A DNA stretch of 64,000 bases, taken from NCBI GenBank assembly GCA_010093815.1, contig ML996568.1; one strand, written 5' to 3'. The DNA comes from Pseudovirgaria hyperparasitica. Lineage: Eukaryota. This document shows positions 62,233 to 64,000 of the stretch, one piece after another. Position 1 is the stretch's first letter. Each line of letters begins with the position of its first letter. The notes under the pieces are model-generated. The model was given only the letters and a program-made list of their open reading frames with translations. It was not told the origin of the DNA and ran no database searches. A program made the position numbers and the translations under genes.

Positions 62233-64000
62233 ATGGCAGACCGTGGCAATGTCGCGGCCCCTCCACAGTCGCCGACGATCGAGGAACTAGCATCCCAAAG
62301 TCGTCCGCCGCCTCAAGAGGCGAAAAGGCCGTATGCAACAGCCCTTAGGCTAGCGATTGGTCCATGGACGGTACAATTCCGAAGTGTCCATGGAGCCGGC
62401 TACATAAAGCCAGAAATGATGCAGAAGCTCGACGATGTGCTGGTTAAGAAAACGCTCACCAACACGAGGCAATATGCTGAGGTTCGGTATGTGTGGTGCT
62501 TCCTTTGAAACATAGCGAGGATACGTCCGCTGAACTGTTCGTTAGAGAAGACATAGGTACGGATTCGCAGTTCTGGCACGACATCGGCGACCTGATTGAC
62601 TCTGCGATACCATCTATCGAGCAACGCTGTTTCAATGCACCACCGGCGGTTGATCCAGCGCAAGACCCCCCTGCACATGAAGATTATGACGGGCTTTCTG
62701 GGGCTCTCATAGCCGAAAATCAAGGCAGTCTCTGCGTTGACCTGGAACGTGTCAATAGCATGGTAGCAATAACTAGGAATGTCTTGACCGTTGGACCTAG
62801 AGCTCAACAACTGGCTTCAATGTCGCGGTTTGACAAAGAGATCTTTCGTCTTATAAACCTTTGTGTCAAGGTCACTGCTCGGGGGTACGATGGAGATCCT
62901 GGGTCCCAAGAGGAAGAGAAATGGCAAAGCGTCATAAATGCGTTCAAGAAGGTTCTCATTACCAGCCTACAATTTTTGAACAACCTAGTTACAAGGAACG
63001 AGAGACGGAAGTTAATGCTCTGGATTCAATTGTTTGACAGTACGACTCCATCCGAAGCTGTCGTGGACTCATATCAAGCTGATGAGGGCGACGCAACGTT
63101 CGATGTGCAGTACGATGAGGAAGGACCCTTCGAAATGAAACTCATGAGCGGAGTTTCAAGAAAGATTTTTGCGCCGCCACAATTGCCTTCGGGTCATGGG
63201 AAAAAGGAGAGCTCATCGGCTCACCCGCCGCAGCCTCCAGCATCGTCACCATTCTTACTCTTCATCGGTAAAAATGGTCTTGAAGTGAAAAAACAGTTGA
63301 TCGACCAAGGTAAAGCGGGGAATGCCGCGGAGATTGCTGCTGAATGCAAGAGACAATGGGAAAGCATGCCACCAGAACGGAGACAAGAGTGGGATGGCTT
63401 TTACAAAGATCTCGTGAGGAGGGCTCCCCCAAATTCTACTGCCGCTCTTGAGTTCACCGGGGGTATGCTCTTCTCCACATCATCTGCCAAATATACTACA
63501 GGACATCCGCCATTGGACGAGAAGGTTGAAGCTCTGGCGAGAAGCATCAACGGACTAAAGATAGAGGTACAGTTGTTGTGTCAGACATCTGAGCATATCT
63601 GACAATCCACTACAGGCAGATGATCTGGCCCAGGACAAACTGGTGGACAGTAAGATGAGAAGACTCCACGGTAAGTCCATGTCGATTTATGACGCTCTCT
63701 GCTGACCTGTCACAGCGGCTTTCGGGGCCGACATCTTACAAAGAGGCAAGGACGATCTCATGAAGCGACTGGAACCACCACCGGAAAGAAACAACCAAAC
63801 ATCAATACAGGAGCCTTCGACTACTTCGCCTGCTTCACCCGTGGCTCTGCCATCCGAATCTCAAGCTCCTCCCCCTTCAGCAGCTGACCCTCCTGTGAGC
63901 GAAGAGGAAGACAGCGAGGAGGAATCTGACTATGTTGTTCCAGGAGATGATGGGCGCGGACTGCTGACAGACGTTCCTTTGATCCTCGGACCCGCCGAAA
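62233..64000 (+). CDS. CTR86: Ataxin-10/Ctr86-like protein; 3'-truncated by window edge
   Basis: INLCVKVTARGYDG, KKVLITSLQFLNNL, NERRKLMLW and GRGLLTDVPLILGP; introns 62487-62544 and two near 63570-63716. Confidence 0.8.

Overview
Gene-dense (~50% GC) genomic DNA from a filamentous ascomycete (Pezizomycotina; short GT-AG introns with CTRAC branch sites; short TpA-rich RIP-like patches). The left ~14 kb looks accessory/secondary-metabolic: the 3' end of a CYP65-type P450, a secreted HExxH metalloprotease with a His-repeat insert, a probable sugar-porter pseudogene, a PNPOx-like/FNR-like fusion oxidoreductase, a class I terpene synthase, an 18-bp repeat with peptide-precursor-like readings on both strands, and an FAD monooxygenase-acetoacetate-decarboxylase fusion with a triple 16-bp promoter repeat. 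The rest is mostly core genes: REI1, DJ-1/PfpI, GEM1, creC, creD-like arrestin, BAR-PH protein, SDRs, RING-H2, TAPT1/EMP65, tRNA-Gln(CTG), GFA, SET, Zn2Cys6 TF, RRD1, Rsm1/NIPA, MET22, MRPL6, KAR5 and ataxin-10/CTR86. Mixed among them are an uncharacterised HerA/FtsK-type ATPase, an AT-hook plus Myb-like protein, a crystallin-like small secreted protein, and an HMG-box-like insert in ataxin-10. No CRISPR, rRNA or intact transposon was seen. Gene models and family calls come from manual translation and motif recognition only; no searches were run.
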